Assembly: GCA_963749495.1 (NCBI GenBank)
Contig: CAVVMW010000005.1
Coordinates: 160,001 to 224,000 of the forward strand
Direction: 5' to 3'
Length of the DNA stretch: 64,000 bases
Source: an uncultured bacterium
GTDB lineage: Bacteria > Verrucomicrobiota > Verrucomicrobiia > Limisphaerales > UBA8199
In this document: piece after piece, positions 10,853 through 19,971 of the stretch
Position numbering within the stretch: the first letter of the stretch is position 1
How the letters are laid out: the number at the start of each line of letters is the position of its first letter
Notes under the pieces: generated by a model
The model's input: only the letters and a program-made list of their open reading frames with translations
Databases searched by the model: none
Told to the model about the DNA's origin: nothing
Made by a program: the position numbers and the translations under genes

Positions 10853-11940
10853 CTACTCAGTCATTAACATAGACTACACTTTCGGCCTTAAAAAAAGAGC
10901 ACAGCAACCCCCGGTCTTTCTTGAGCTTGGCTAGATCGGCCTCCACTCGCTCCTTGAGCGATTCGTTCCGGAGGAGCGGCTTCTTGGCTACGCCGTTGCC
11001 CTTCAAGTAGTTCCAGACGAATTCATCGGGATTAAGATCGGGCGCGTAAGGGGGCAGAAAATGTAGCTCAAGGCGCCCTTTAGTGCTCCGGAGATACTCT
11101 TTGACCGAATTGGCTATGTGAGCCGGATGGCTATCCAGCACTAGGAATACCTTTGCTCGTTGGCCACGCATAAAGTCCTTCAGGAGCGTGATAAAGTCCC
11201 CTTGCTTCAGCGTGTGAGTGTAGACCTGGCACCAAAAGGCACCCTGCATACTCACGGCGCTGATCACATTGACCTTTTGCCGTTGGCCACTGGTCTCGAC
11301 CACCGCTCTGCCGCCCTTCAACCCATAGGTCCGCCGCAGGTTGGGTTCCGAAGTAAATCCCGTCTCATCAAGAAAGTAGATCTTCGCCCCGTGTTTACGG
11401 GCTCGTTTCTTAAGTTTCGGGAATTCCTCCTTCGTCCATAGTTCGATCCGCACCGGGTCCCGTTCATAAGCCCGCCGCAATGGCTTGTGCGGTGTCAAGT
11501 CTAACTGCGCCAACAACTTACCCACCGATGTGAGGCACAGTTCGACCTTGAATTTCTTCTGAATCATCGTTTGGACGATGCGGCGGGTCCACAGACCAAA
11601 ATCAAAGCCGTACTGGCGGGGGTCCTTGCCGACGATCCACCGCTTGACTCTCTGGCGTTGCTCCTCGCTGAGCTTCGGATCCGGGCCCTCAGCGATCTTC
11701 TCGGCCAAGGCTTCCCATCCCTCGTCCCACACACGTCGGAGCCACGGATAGATGCTAGTGCGGCAAAAGCCCAGGGAAGCCGCCACCACGGAAGGCACCT
11801 CCCCATCCTCTAGCACCCGCTTGCAGGCGCTGATTCGCAAATGCTCAAGGGTCTTGTGGTCCAATGTCCGGCCATCAATTTTCATTGCGCCGGAAGCTTA
11901 GCACACTAGAAGTCTGTAGTCAATCCCAATGACGGAGTAG
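10853..11940 (-). mobile_element. IS630-family insertion sequence
   Basis: Inverted ends CTACTCAGTCATT.. / ..AATGACGGAGTAG with a TA duplication at 10851-10852 and 11941-11942. Lower GC than the flanks. Confidence 0.9.
10857..11885 (-). CDS. IS630-family transposase
   Basis: DPRQYGFDFGLWTR winged helix. DDE triad in IYFLDETG, FLVLDSHPAH, LPPYAPDLNPDEFVW. Confidence 0.92.
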   Translation of the reverse strand: MKIDGRTLDHKTLEHLRISACKRVLEDGEVPSVVAASLGFCRTSIYPWLRRVWDEGWEALAEKIAEGPDPKLSEEQRQRVKRWIVGKDPRQYGFDFGLWTRRIVQTMIQKKFKVELCLTSVGKLLAQLDLTPHKPLRRAYERDPVRIELWTKEEFPKLKKRARKHGAKIYFLDETGFTSEPNLRRTYGLKGGRAVVETSGQRQKVNVISAVSMQGAFWCQVYTHTLKQGDFITLLKDFMRGQRAKVFLVLDSHPAHIANSVKEYLRSTKGRLELHFLPPYAPDLNPDEFVWNYLKGNGVAKKPLLRNESLKERVEADLAKLKKDRGLLCSFFKAESVVYVND

Positions 11941-12088
11941 TAAACACAGCCAAAAGCGGCTTCCTGCCGGACAGCGGGTCGGTCATTTCGCAGGCTTGGG
12001 AAGAGCGGCTGGGGACAATCCCGAATATGGCTGTTGTTGTTTTCATAGGCATCTCCATCGTGCCCGGAAACAACATGTCCATGTCCAC

Positions 12089-12204
12089 CCCGGCAAGCCT
12101 CTAGCCTCGCCGGGGTTGGACAGCCGTCCCCGGCAGCAAACAATGGACTTTATCTGACGGCTACCGTTTTCCATCTTTTCTTCTGCCAATGCAAGCGAAA
12201 TGTC
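12089..12204 (-). promoter_or_regulatory. Conserved 5' leader of GloVer paralogues (copy 1)
   Basis: Nearly identical to 16504-16619 (-) and 50186-50307 (+). Confidence 0.7.
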
Positions 12205-12209
12205 GCTTT

Positions 12210-12420
12210 CCTGTTTTGGCCCGATACTGCTGACCCGCGACCGAAAAGGCTGGCCGGTTCGCCCAGGACCAAGGGCTGGATGGGCAAGCTCCACGAGGGC
12301 ATTGGGACTACCGCTGAAACCCCGGCGCACCCGCACGCGCTCCTCGGCGCAGGCGATGTCCTTGGGTTGTCGCCGCGGTCGGGGCCATCACGCTGTCGGC
12401 GGTCCCGGCTCCGGCGCATC
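12210..12420. repeat. Partial copy of a dispersed GC-rich non-coding repeat
   Basis: GGGCTGGATGG.CAAGCTCCACGAGGGCAT..ACCGCTGAAACCCCGG and GGCCATCAC modules, shared with 16640-17000 and 19838-19895. Confidence 0.65.
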
Positions 12421-12547
12421 GGCGTCCCGTAAACAATCGGCTTTGCAAACAAAAAGCCACAGGGCGGCATCGTGCTGGTCGGCACGACTCCCGGCAGGCA
12501 GTGACAACGCGGCGTCGAGTACAGGCTGAGGGTTAGCGGCAGGAAGC

Positions 12548-12769
12548 TCACGTGGTGGGGGCATACGCCTCAAGATAGCCGCATTTCGTGCAGCAGAAGG
12601 TCCGAATTGGGCGCTTCTCTTTCCCCAATAAGCAGGTGCCCCCGAATGGTCCAAATTCCGGCTTTCCTGCCACCCACTGAGCGACGTAATTCTTAACGTA
12701 GCCGTGGTCCACCACGAAGCCTTCCTTCATTTCTTCGCCGCATTTCGGGCATTTAACCGGAGCATTCAT
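12548..12769 (-). CDS. Small zinc-ribbon protein (DUF6487-like)
   Basis: MNAPVKCPKCGEEMKEGF...TFCCTKCGYLEAYA, two CxxC pairs. Confidence 0.8.
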   Translation of the reverse strand: MNAPVKCPKCGEEMKEGFVVDHGYVKNYVAQWVAGKPEFGPFGGTCLLGKEKRPIRTFCCTKCGYLEAYAPTT

Positions 12770-12884
12770 ATCAGTGACCAGTCCCGCTGACGTGAAGCAG
12801 TGTATGCGCCGCGCCCTGGGGTGCAAGCGGCCAAATTCACCCAGGGCGGACGACGGCATGGCGCATACACGGCGCTTGACCTGG

Positions 12885-13160
12885 GCCGGTGAATCCCCGG
12901 CGCACGCGCTGGCGTTTGATGGCGCAGGCAAGCTCCCTGAGTGCCGCCGTGGTCGTGGCCATCACGGAGGTCGGCTCCCGGTTCAGGGGCCGGTGCTGGC
13001 CCGGCTCCAGCTTTCCGGGGCGAACAGGAGGACCAGCGGAGTGGCTCCAGTCGGCAGCGCCTTCAACTGAAAACGGTTTTCAGTTGAGGCTGTCCCGCCG
13101 GACCGGGTGCTGCTGCCAGCGCGATTTTAGGCCGTCCCGGCAACGCTGGCCCAGCGCCGG
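12885..13160. repeat. Non-coding repeat with palindrome TCAACTGAAAACGGTTTTCAGTTGA (13063-13087)
   Basis: Aligns by eye with 16735-17000 and 18470-18870. Confidence 0.8.
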
Positions 13161-13369
13161 AGCGGCGGCCATCTTGGATTCGGAGGATGCGGGTTGCGAG
13201 CGGTCGGCTGCTTGAATAATCTATGGAGGTCATGGCAACCCCTCACAACATAATCCGTAGAATATGTTATATACAACGGATACCACATGCGTAATATATT
13301 CGAGGTAAATGACTTGCGACTATAGAGGCCCATTTCAGGGGCTGTGGAGTCTGAGACAGCCGAACGGGC

Positions 13370-13572
13370 GAGCGGCGGCTGATTCAGGAGCGCACCCATG
13401 CCGGATGGACGGCGGCCCGCGCCCGTGGACGGCTTGGGAACCGCCCGCTGTGGATGACCCACGGGTCCAGACCGCGAAGAAGCTCCACGCCGACAAGGGC
13501 ATGGCGGTAAGCGCCGTCTGCCAGACCCTCAAAATCTCCCGGCCAACGTTGTGCTGGTGGTTAGCCGTCAAG
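13370..13572 (+). pseudogene. C-terminal remnant of a serine resolvase/invertase
   Basis: ERRLIQERTHAG.TAARARGRLG.RP, then after a frameshift the HTH AKKLHADKGMAVSAVCQTLKISRPTL. The catalytic domain is absent. Confidence 0.75.
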
Positions 13573-13782
13573 CCGCCTGTCGCCGGGGCGCGGCAGGCTG
13601 AAGGCAAGGCTGCGGCATCTGTGTAAATGCGCCGAGGCCGGTCCCGTACCGGTCGAAGCCTGTTGGGCTGTTGAAATCCGGTTCGGGGCCAGGAACGCGC
13701 CGACGAGGTATTGGCGGTCAAGAGGCAGGGCACCTGCACGGCACGCCTTCCGGGCGGCTCGGGTCGAATCGGTTCTGGGAGC

Positions 13783-14133
13783 TTAGTGGCCGCGTCCTTT
13801 TTGGGAGTTCTGGTAGGCCCGCATGGCGGCGGGGTCGTTCCGCATCACGGCTTTGAGCAATCGTTCGCTGAACTCGGCGCGTTCCGCGCTCAAGGCATTC
13901 ATCTGTGGGTCGGTCAGTTTCCTTTTGTTCAGCCAGTCCAACGCGGCCATCGCCGTCACATAATCGTTGGCCTTGTCCGCCGCCAGCGCCCGCTCCCAAG
14001 TCTGTTTCACCTCCGCCGGGGCGCTGTCGAACGGCTCCGGTATCCTCTGGCTCGCGGGCTGGTCGCAGCCGGTCGCCAACATCAGGGCGGCCAGGGAGCA
14101 GAGGGCGGTCTTGCTGAATCCAATTCGGTTCAT
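13783..14133 (-). CDS. Small hypothetical lipoprotein
   Basis: MNRIGFSKTALCSLAALMLATGC lipobox followed by a helical domain. Confidence 0.7.
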   Translation of the reverse strand: MNRIGFSKTALCSLAALMLATGCDQPASQRIPEPFDSAPAEVKQTWERALAADKANDYVTAMAALDWLNKRKLTDPQMNALSAERAEFSERLLKAVMRNDPAAMRAYQNSQKGRGH

Positions 14134-14569
14134 ATCACGGGTCGATTCCTCGCGCAGCGTAACAGAAACCGGGCAAAAAAGGAAGCGGGGCGTCGCATCC
14201 TCCTTGACTTCTGGCGTCGCTCCACGCGCATCCGTCTGGAGCGGGCCGAGCCGCACCCGGTCTATCATCTCCGCATGAAAGCGCCCGCTGGGACCTTGAC
14301 CAGCGGGCAGGTTGGCTGGATTGTCCGCAGGGTCGTCGAGCAGGCGGGCCGGATTCCTCGTGGAGGCTTCTCCTGCTCAGTTGACCGACGTGGCGTTGTC
14401 CAAGCCGGGTTTGTCTTGGACTTTTGATGGTCTTGCCGCCGAGCACGCACGGGTCTGGACGGCAGCGCGGCGTCAGGCTGGGCCATCCTGGCGGAACTGC
14501 CCCAGCGCCAAGCACGAAGTCCCGACTGCGGCTGCCCTGCTTTGCCAGCGCGGGTTGGCCTGCTGGCAA

Positions 14570-15556
14570 CTACTGGATTAACCGGAAAAACTGCTGTGTG
14601 CCGGTGGTGGGATTGGTCACTGTGTTCTGCCCGTTGACGACGACGGGGGCCGGAGAATTGGTGTTCCAGGCCGCCGATGAACCTAGGTTCGTAGTGGATT
14701 GCAAAGTATGCCCGGTGTAATCGAACCCGGCGTAATTGGTCGGCCACGACAAAATCACATTGGTTTCAGAGGGAATTATGGTCAGTTGCGGCCTGAACGA
14801 AAGACTGAACACGGTGCCATCGCCGTATGTGCCACCAGAATACGTCGTCCCATACAGGGTGTTGCCCGATAAAATAATTCCGTCACAGGGTCCAGCCCCG
14901 TCGCTGTTTTTGTAAGGAGGGTTGTCAGTCACCCCATTACGGGGGACAGAAGTCGCCGTGAAAGTGTGCAGGGTCGTAAAGCCCGTGCCGTTGGTGTTGA
15001 CGGCGAACACATTGCCACTGCCCCCACTGCCGCCATAATCCGCCGCCCCATACAGGGTGTTGCCCGATAAACACAACGTGCCACATACAACACCTCCGTC
15101 GCTGTTTGTGAGAGAAGTACCGGAAGTTGCGGTGAAAACATGCAAGGTCGTAAAGCCCGTGCCGTTGGTGTTGACGGCAAACAGTGCGCCGAGGCTAGAG
15201 CCGGGTCCGCTGGATGCCCCATACAGCGTGTTGCCCGCCAAAAGCAAGCCGCTTATTGGGTATGCTTCGTCATTGACGCCATTAAAACTCTTCAGGACCT
15301 TAAAACCCGTGCCATTGGTGTTGATGGCAAACACCGTGCCATAGCCCGAACCGCCGCCAAATACCGCCGTCCCATACAGGGTGCTGCCCGATAAAATCAC
15401 TCCGGCAAGCGGATTAGCTCCATCGCTGCCGCCCGTGAAACTATGCAGGGTCGTAAAGACCTGCGCCATCAGATGCCCTGCCGTCATTGCCATCGCAAAG
15501 CTCGCCAGGCGGAACAGGTTCATTCGCATCGCATTCGTCACTTTCATGTTTCTCAT
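14570..15556 (-). CDS. Secreted GloVer-like repeat protein (LILSGNTLYGT..GTGFTTLH subtype)
   Basis: Signal peptide, four repeats, C-terminal VILSWP..LQSTTNL..W..QQFFRLIQ. Confidence 0.8.
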   Translation of the reverse strand: MRNMKVTNAMRMNLFRLASFAMAMTAGHLMAQVFTTLHSFTGGSDGANPLAGVILSGSTLYGTAVFGGGSGYGTVFAINTNGTGFKVLKSFNGVNDEAYPISGLLLAGNTLYGASSGPGSSLGALFAVNTNGTGFTTLHVFTATSGTSLTNSDGGVVCGTLCLSGNTLYGAADYGGSGGSGNVFAVNTNGTGFTTLHTFTATSVPRNGVTDNPPYKNSDGAGPCDGIILSGNTLYGTTYSGGTYGDGTVFSLSFRPQLTIIPSETNVILSWPTNYAGFDYTGHTLQSTTNLGSSAAWNTNSPAPVVVNGQNTVTNPTTGTQQFFRLIQ

Positions 15557-15565
15557 GTTCTGTCC

Positions 15566-15739
15566 TTACATTTTCGTGTTCTGCCTTGCGATAGGGGCCG
15601 GTGCGCCAAAAGCGGTCAGGACGAGCGCGGCTGGCCAGAGCAGTCGCAGCAGCGCCAAGACCGGCTTCCCGCCGGACACCGGAACGGTCGTTGCGAAGGT
15701 TCTGCTTCCGCTATCGAGCGTTCTGAGCTTGGTTTTCAC
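15566..15739 (-). pseudogene. Orphan signal-peptide stub of a GloVer paralogue
   Basis: GTG-KTKLRT..RTFATTVPVSGGKPVLALLRLLWPAALVLTAFGAPA aligns with the N-termini of the 16503 and 50308 genes, then stops. Confidence 0.65.
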
Positions 15740-15765
15740 AGATGTAAATGAGTTTGCGAGAGTCC

Positions 15766-16503
15766 TTACGGCGCGAGCACCACCCGGTAAAACCGTCGCG
15801 GGCCGTTCGTGAGGGAGTCTATGGCACTGAGCGTCGCTCCGGTTGCGGTGACCGCGCTGCCCAGGTTGGTCCAGTTGCTCGACCGCAAGTCGGAAGTGTA
15901 CTGCAACTGATACGTCCCTCCAGCCTCCGTGCTCCAGGTCAGACTCAGCGTGCCGTTGGTTAATGTCACGGCCTGGAACTCCGGCACGATGGTCAGCCGG
16001 AAAACGGTGCCGTACGAACGCAAATTCCCGGGAAAAAAGCTGGAAGTCGTGCCATAGAAACTGCCATCGGTGCCCTGCACCAGAGCGGCCAGGGGACTTC
16101 CGTCATCATTGCCGCCGGTGAACGAATACAGACTTGTCAGTGCCCCATTGGCGCTGATTTTGAACACGGTGCCAGAATTGTTCGTGCCGCCGCCGGAGGT
16201 CGTGCCATAGAAATTGCCATCGTTGCCCTGCACCAGCGCGGCATGGGGACCCCCACCATCATTGCCGCCGGTGAATGAATACAAAGTGGTTAGAACCGCC
16301 CCCGCCTGGGCACTAAAAGCGGGCAGAGCGAGCGCGGCTGCCCAAAGCAGTCGTGTGAGCAGGGCCAAGACCGGCTTCCTTCCGGGCACCGGCTCGGTCG
16401 TTGCGGAGGTTCGGGAGGTAAGGCTGGTGAGAATCCCGAATATGGCATTTGTTGTTTTCATAGGCATCTTCATCGTGCCCGGAAACAACATGTCCATATC
16501 CAC
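15766..16503 (-). CDS. Short GloVer-type protein (two repeats plus C-terminal domain)
   Basis: ALVQGNDGNFYGTT repeats. C-terminal domain near-identical to 51640-51854. The start may be the downstream MKTT. Confidence 0.8.
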   Translation of the reverse strand: MDMDMLFPGTMKMPMKTTNAIFGILTSLTSRTSATTEPVPGRKPVLALLTRLLWAAALALPAFSAQAGAVLTTLYSFTGGNDGGGPHAALVQGNDGNFYGTTSGGGTNNSGTVFKISANGALTSLYSFTGGNDDGSPLAALVQGTDGSFYGTTSSFFPGNLRSYGTVFRLTIVPEFQAVTLTNGTLSLTWSTEAGGTYQLQYTSDLRSSNWTNLGSAVTATGATLSAIDSLTNGPRRFYRVVLAP

Positions 16504-16619
16504 CCCGGCAAGCCTCTAGCCTCGCCGGGGCTGGACAGCCGTCCCCGGCAGCAAAAAATGGACCTTAAATCACGGCTACGGGTTTCCATCTTTTCTTCTG
16601 CCAATGCAAGCGAAATGTC
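16504..16619 (-). promoter_or_regulatory. Conserved 5' leader of GloVer paralogues (copy 2)
   Basis: See copies at 12089-12204 and 50186-50307. Confidence 0.7.
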
Positions 16620-16624
16620 GCTTT

Positions 16625-17000
16625 CCTGTTTTGGCCCGATACCACTGACACGCGACCGAGGAGGCTGGCCGGTTCGCCCAGGACCGAGGGCTGGATGGTC
16701 AAGCTGCACGAGGGCATGGCCGATACCGCAGAAACCCCGGCTCACGCGCTCGCGCTCATCGGCTCGGTCGGCCTCCTGATTCGCCACCGTGGTCGAGGCC
16801 ATCACGCCGAGTGGCGCGGCTCCGGGGCGGCGCTGGCCCCGGCCTCCACCTTCCCGGGCGAATAGGAGAACCAACGGATTGGCTCCGCTCAGCATCGCCT
16901 TCAACTGAAAACGCTTTTCAGTTGAGGTTCTGCCGCCGGACCGGGTGCTGCCGCCAGCGCGATTTTAGGCCAGTCCCGGTGAGGCTGGCCCGCGCCAGGA
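16625..17000. repeat. Longest copy of the non-coding repeat, palindrome at 16901-16925
   Basis: Contains all modules in order, ending GCCAGCGCGATTTTAGGCCAGTCCCGG..GCTGGCCC. Confidence 0.8.
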
Positions 17001-17112
17001 CAACGACGTTGACCAACCGGCTGGCGGTAGAGGCTACTCCAGTTCAGGCCGCCAGTTTGCAGGCGCACGCGCCCGACTGAGCACAGTGGCCTATCCACCG
17101 CCTGCACCGCCG

Positions 17113-17945
17113 TCACTTCACGCCCGCCTTGGCGGCGGCTTCGGGGTCTATGGCTTTGAGGGCGTTGGTTGCGGCGATGCGGACATCAGAATGTGCGTGC
17201 TTGAGCAACAAAACCAACGCAGGAACCGCTGGTTGGGCCTCCACTCCAAATCCCGCGAGACCAAAAGAAGCACTCTCCCGGACATCTCTCTCACTATCAT
17301 TCAAGGACTTCACCAATGCGGGCACGACCAGCGCGGCTTCAGTATGAGCGTTCGCGAGCACCCAAACTGCGTTTTCGCGCACTCCTGCGTTGGTGCTGGT
17401 GGTCGCCCTCAAAAACCAGGGAATCGCGGTGCGTATGGACTCAGGCCCGATGGCGACCAATGCTCGGCCGACCCAGTATTGAGAATGCGGTGAAAGGTCC
17501 CGTTCGTAGATTCTCATCAACGCTGGCACCGCTTGGGCAGCATTGGTCCCTAAAATCTTGAATCCCATCAAGGCTTCCCGGTTCTGAATCTGGCTCGATT
17601 CCTGTACCAAGCGGGGTTGGTAACCCAGGACAGGACGTAGCGTCTTGCTATGTGGAAGTCCCAGAAGTCAACCAGTTTCGAGACCAGGGCAGAGTCTTCT
17701 TTGCAGAGCATGTTCAGCAAAATCGGGACGGCGTTCGTGCCGATTTGCAGCACAGCGCCCGCGGCTAGGTCCTGTGTTCGTCCATCCCGCCTCACCGAGG
17801 CCCAGAGGTATTCCGACAGCCATGTCCGCAGACCCTTGCCTTGATATACCGGCTCACGCTCTTGCGGGCGCGACATCTGCCACACAACCACGCCGCCAAC
17901 AGCGACCAGCAAGACGGCGAGCGCGATTTGGACCCGCTTTCGCAT
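17113..17945 (-). pseudogene. Membrane-anchored HEAT-repeat protein, frameshifted near 17590
   Basis: MRKRVQIALAVLLVAVGGVVVW..EPVYQGKGLRTWL..GTNAVPILL in one frame; AVPALM/VVPALVKSLND/AVPALVLLL..VRIAATNALKAIDPEAAAKAGVK in another. Confidence 0.75.
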
Positions 17946-18019
17946 GGCGGCATTATGAGCCTGGATGCAGCGCAAATCGAGGAAATGTGCAGGTGCCCGA
18001 CCGAGGCCCGCCCCAGCGG

Positions 18020-18385
18020 CTAAGCGGGATTCCCAATCCAAATCCTCGTCACGACCGGCATATCGCTGACCGGCCGCGGCGTGTGAAACACCGCCTGCTC
18101 GACCTTCGCCCGCCACCCGACCCTGTACCACGAATCATCGCCCTGCCGAACCCAAGTGCTACGCCGCTCCCCTTCGTCAAGCTCGAACATGTGCTCGCCA
18201 GCGTGCGGGTAGAAGAACAACCGGCTGATGCGTCCTTCTGAAATATGGACTGGCCACTGGCCGCGCTGGTAAGCCTGCCACTGGTCCTGCACCTGCGACA
18301 ACACGCGCTCCCGGTGGTCACGGTCACGCCGGAGGTCATATACGAGCACCAGGTCTTGGCTGTGAGCTTCGGTCATGGGCTTCAT
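18020..18385 (-). CDS. Hypothetical protein
   Basis: 121-aa ORF with globular composition lying between repeats. Confidence 0.6.
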   Translation of the reverse strand: MKPMTEAHSQDLVLVYDLRRDRDHRERVLSQVQDQWQAYQRGQWPVHISEGRISRLFFYPHAGEHMFELDEGERRSTWVRQGDDSWYRVGWRAKVEQAVFHTPRPVSDMPVVTRIWIGNPA

Positions 18386-18434
18386 TACACGACGGACAAC
18401 CCGAAGTCAGTCAGGTTGAGGAGGGAAAGTCAAC

Positions 18435-18870
18435 ACCGGTCAAGCTGGTCCAGCGCCAGGGCAGTCAGCATGAACCCCTGGCCCACCTGCTGGCGCTCGA
18501 CGGCGCAGGCAACTTCCATGCTCGTGGCCATCATGCCGGTCGGCCCCGGCTCCAGTCGGCGCTGGCCCCGGCCTCCGGCTTCCTGGTTGAACCGGAGAAC
18601 TACCGGAGCCGCCCCATCGTCACGAAGCTAAACTGTCCAATTTGGACAGTTGAGGTCGTACCGCCGGGCTAAGGGCTGCCGCCAGCGCAGTGGGCAACCG
18701 GGCCGTCCCGGCGAAGCTGGCCCACCGCCAGCGCAAACAGGAGGACCAGCGGATTGGCTCCAGTCGGCAGCCCCTTCAACTGATAACCGTTTTCAGTTGA
18801 GGTTGAGCTGCCAGACTCGCCGCTGTCCGCCAGCGAGATTTTAGGCCAGTCCCGGCGGCGCTGGCCGAGC
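18435..18870. repeat. Non-coding repeat with two tandem palindromes (18629-18653, 18776-18800; 147 bp apart)
   Basis: TAAACTGTCCAATTTGGACAGTTGA and TCAACTGATAACCGTTTTCAGTTGA, each followed by CCGCCAGCG...GTCCCGGCG..GCTGGCC. Confidence 0.8.
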
Positions 18871-19002
18871 GGCGGGCGATGCTGTGGCCCTGTTGAAGTG
18901 TGTCGGGGTGGTAACCGCCATCGTGTGTCCCGAAAAACCGGATACTTGAAACCCGTGGGCAAGGCGGATAGATTACGAGAAACTGGGCCATGTTCGCGCA
19001 CC

Positions 19003-19533
19003 ATGAAAATTCCGGCACATTTTCCAAAATGGAACAGGACCACCGACGGCCTTGATGACGCGGCCCAATGGATGATGGACTGCGAGCGTTCTCGGTTGCC
19101 GCCCGACATAGTCTTCCCCTCTGCGGGGCAGGTTTGGGAGACAATTCGAGATTGCGAAGTGCGTTTTCATGCCCCTATTTCTCTCCGGTTAGAATCTGGT
19201 ACAGCGGGACTCCCCAAGGGCTTCGCGTCCTTCTCTACGTCCGACAGCACATTCTTCAAATCCTACATGATGCAGTTCGGTCTGGCCCAACTCCAGCGCG
19301 GCGAAAGAGTTCGTATCCTTGAGGTTGGTCCCAAGCCCATCGTGGTGGACTTTAGGCCGCTTCGCTACCACGAATTGCACGAGAGCATTGTGCCGGAGGA
19401 GACTCGCAGGAAACCGGGTTACCAAGGCTACACGCTACGAGTGAAAACAGCGAAGACCATCGCCGACTTCCGGGAGGAAATCTGCAAAACGTACTTCAAT
19501 GAGGCTTTCAGACTGGTCGAGGACGTAGCCTGA
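19003..19533 (+). CDS. Hypothetical protein
   Basis: MKIPAHFPKW...FRPLRYHELHESIVPEE..YFNEAFRLVE. Lower GC than the flanks. Confidence 0.6.
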   Translation: MKIPAHFPKWNRTTDGLDDAAQWMMDCERSRLPPDIVFPSAGQVWETIRDCEVRFHAPISLRLESGTAGLPKGFASFSTSDSTFFKSYMMQFGLAQLQRGERVRILEVGPKPIVVDFRPLRYHELHESIVPEETRRKPGYQGYTLRVKTAKTIADFREEICKTYFNEAFRLVEDVA

Positions 19534-19639
19534 AGCGACTAATGGGATACCAAAACGGCGAGGGCAACGTGACCCGTTTTCGCATGGCGGCAGTCTGCCA
19601 AGGCGGCGGCTCAAATCCAGAGTATTGCGCCGGTGTCGC

Positions 19640-19900
19640 CGATGCTCAACTGTCGAACGTTTACAGTTGAATGGGATGCCGCCGGGCTGGGGGCGCTGCC
19701 CGGCAGCGCGGTGGGAATCCGGGCGGTCCCGGCGACGCTGGCCCAAGAGTCAGGGCAGTCAGCATGGCTGGACGCTCGAACCGCCTCCGGCGGACCCGCA
19801 GGTCAGGGGGCGTGGGAGCCGGGAGGGGCGGCGCTTCGAGGGCCGGATGGTCAAGCTCCGCGAGGGCATCGGGAATACCGCTGAAACCCCAGCCCAACGA
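19640..19900. repeat. Permuted copy of the non-coding repeat, palindrome at 19646-19670
   Basis: TCAACTGTCGAACGTTTACAGTTGA followed by the module that precedes it in other copies. Confidence 0.7.
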
Positions 19901-19971
19901 ACAGGGCACTGGTTGCCCCCCTGAGCATGAAGTTGCCGGACGAACCCTACCTTCCTTAGCCTTGCTGCTGA

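Larger units (their letters stand above)
9504..12088 (-). pseudogene. GloVer-type (choice-of-anchor tandem repeat) beta-propeller protein, split by IS630 and 3'-truncated by IS701
   Basis: Repeats GLVQGSDGNFYGTT..GTVFKIS..G.LTSLYSFTGGNDG. Removing IS630 restores in-frame AVFIRVLRIALLMLPALGAQA. The C-terminal domain seen in paralogues is missing. Confidence 0.85.

Noticed and set aside
17000..19640. Complete integron or attC array around the HEAT and hypothetical genes
   Set aside because: No IntI, and I could not find complementary R''/R' boxes with a convincing hairpin around these genes.
12885..19900. CRISPR array made of the 25-bp palindromes
   Set aside because: Spacing is 147 bp to several kb, the flanks are conserved rather than unique spacers, and there are no cas genes.
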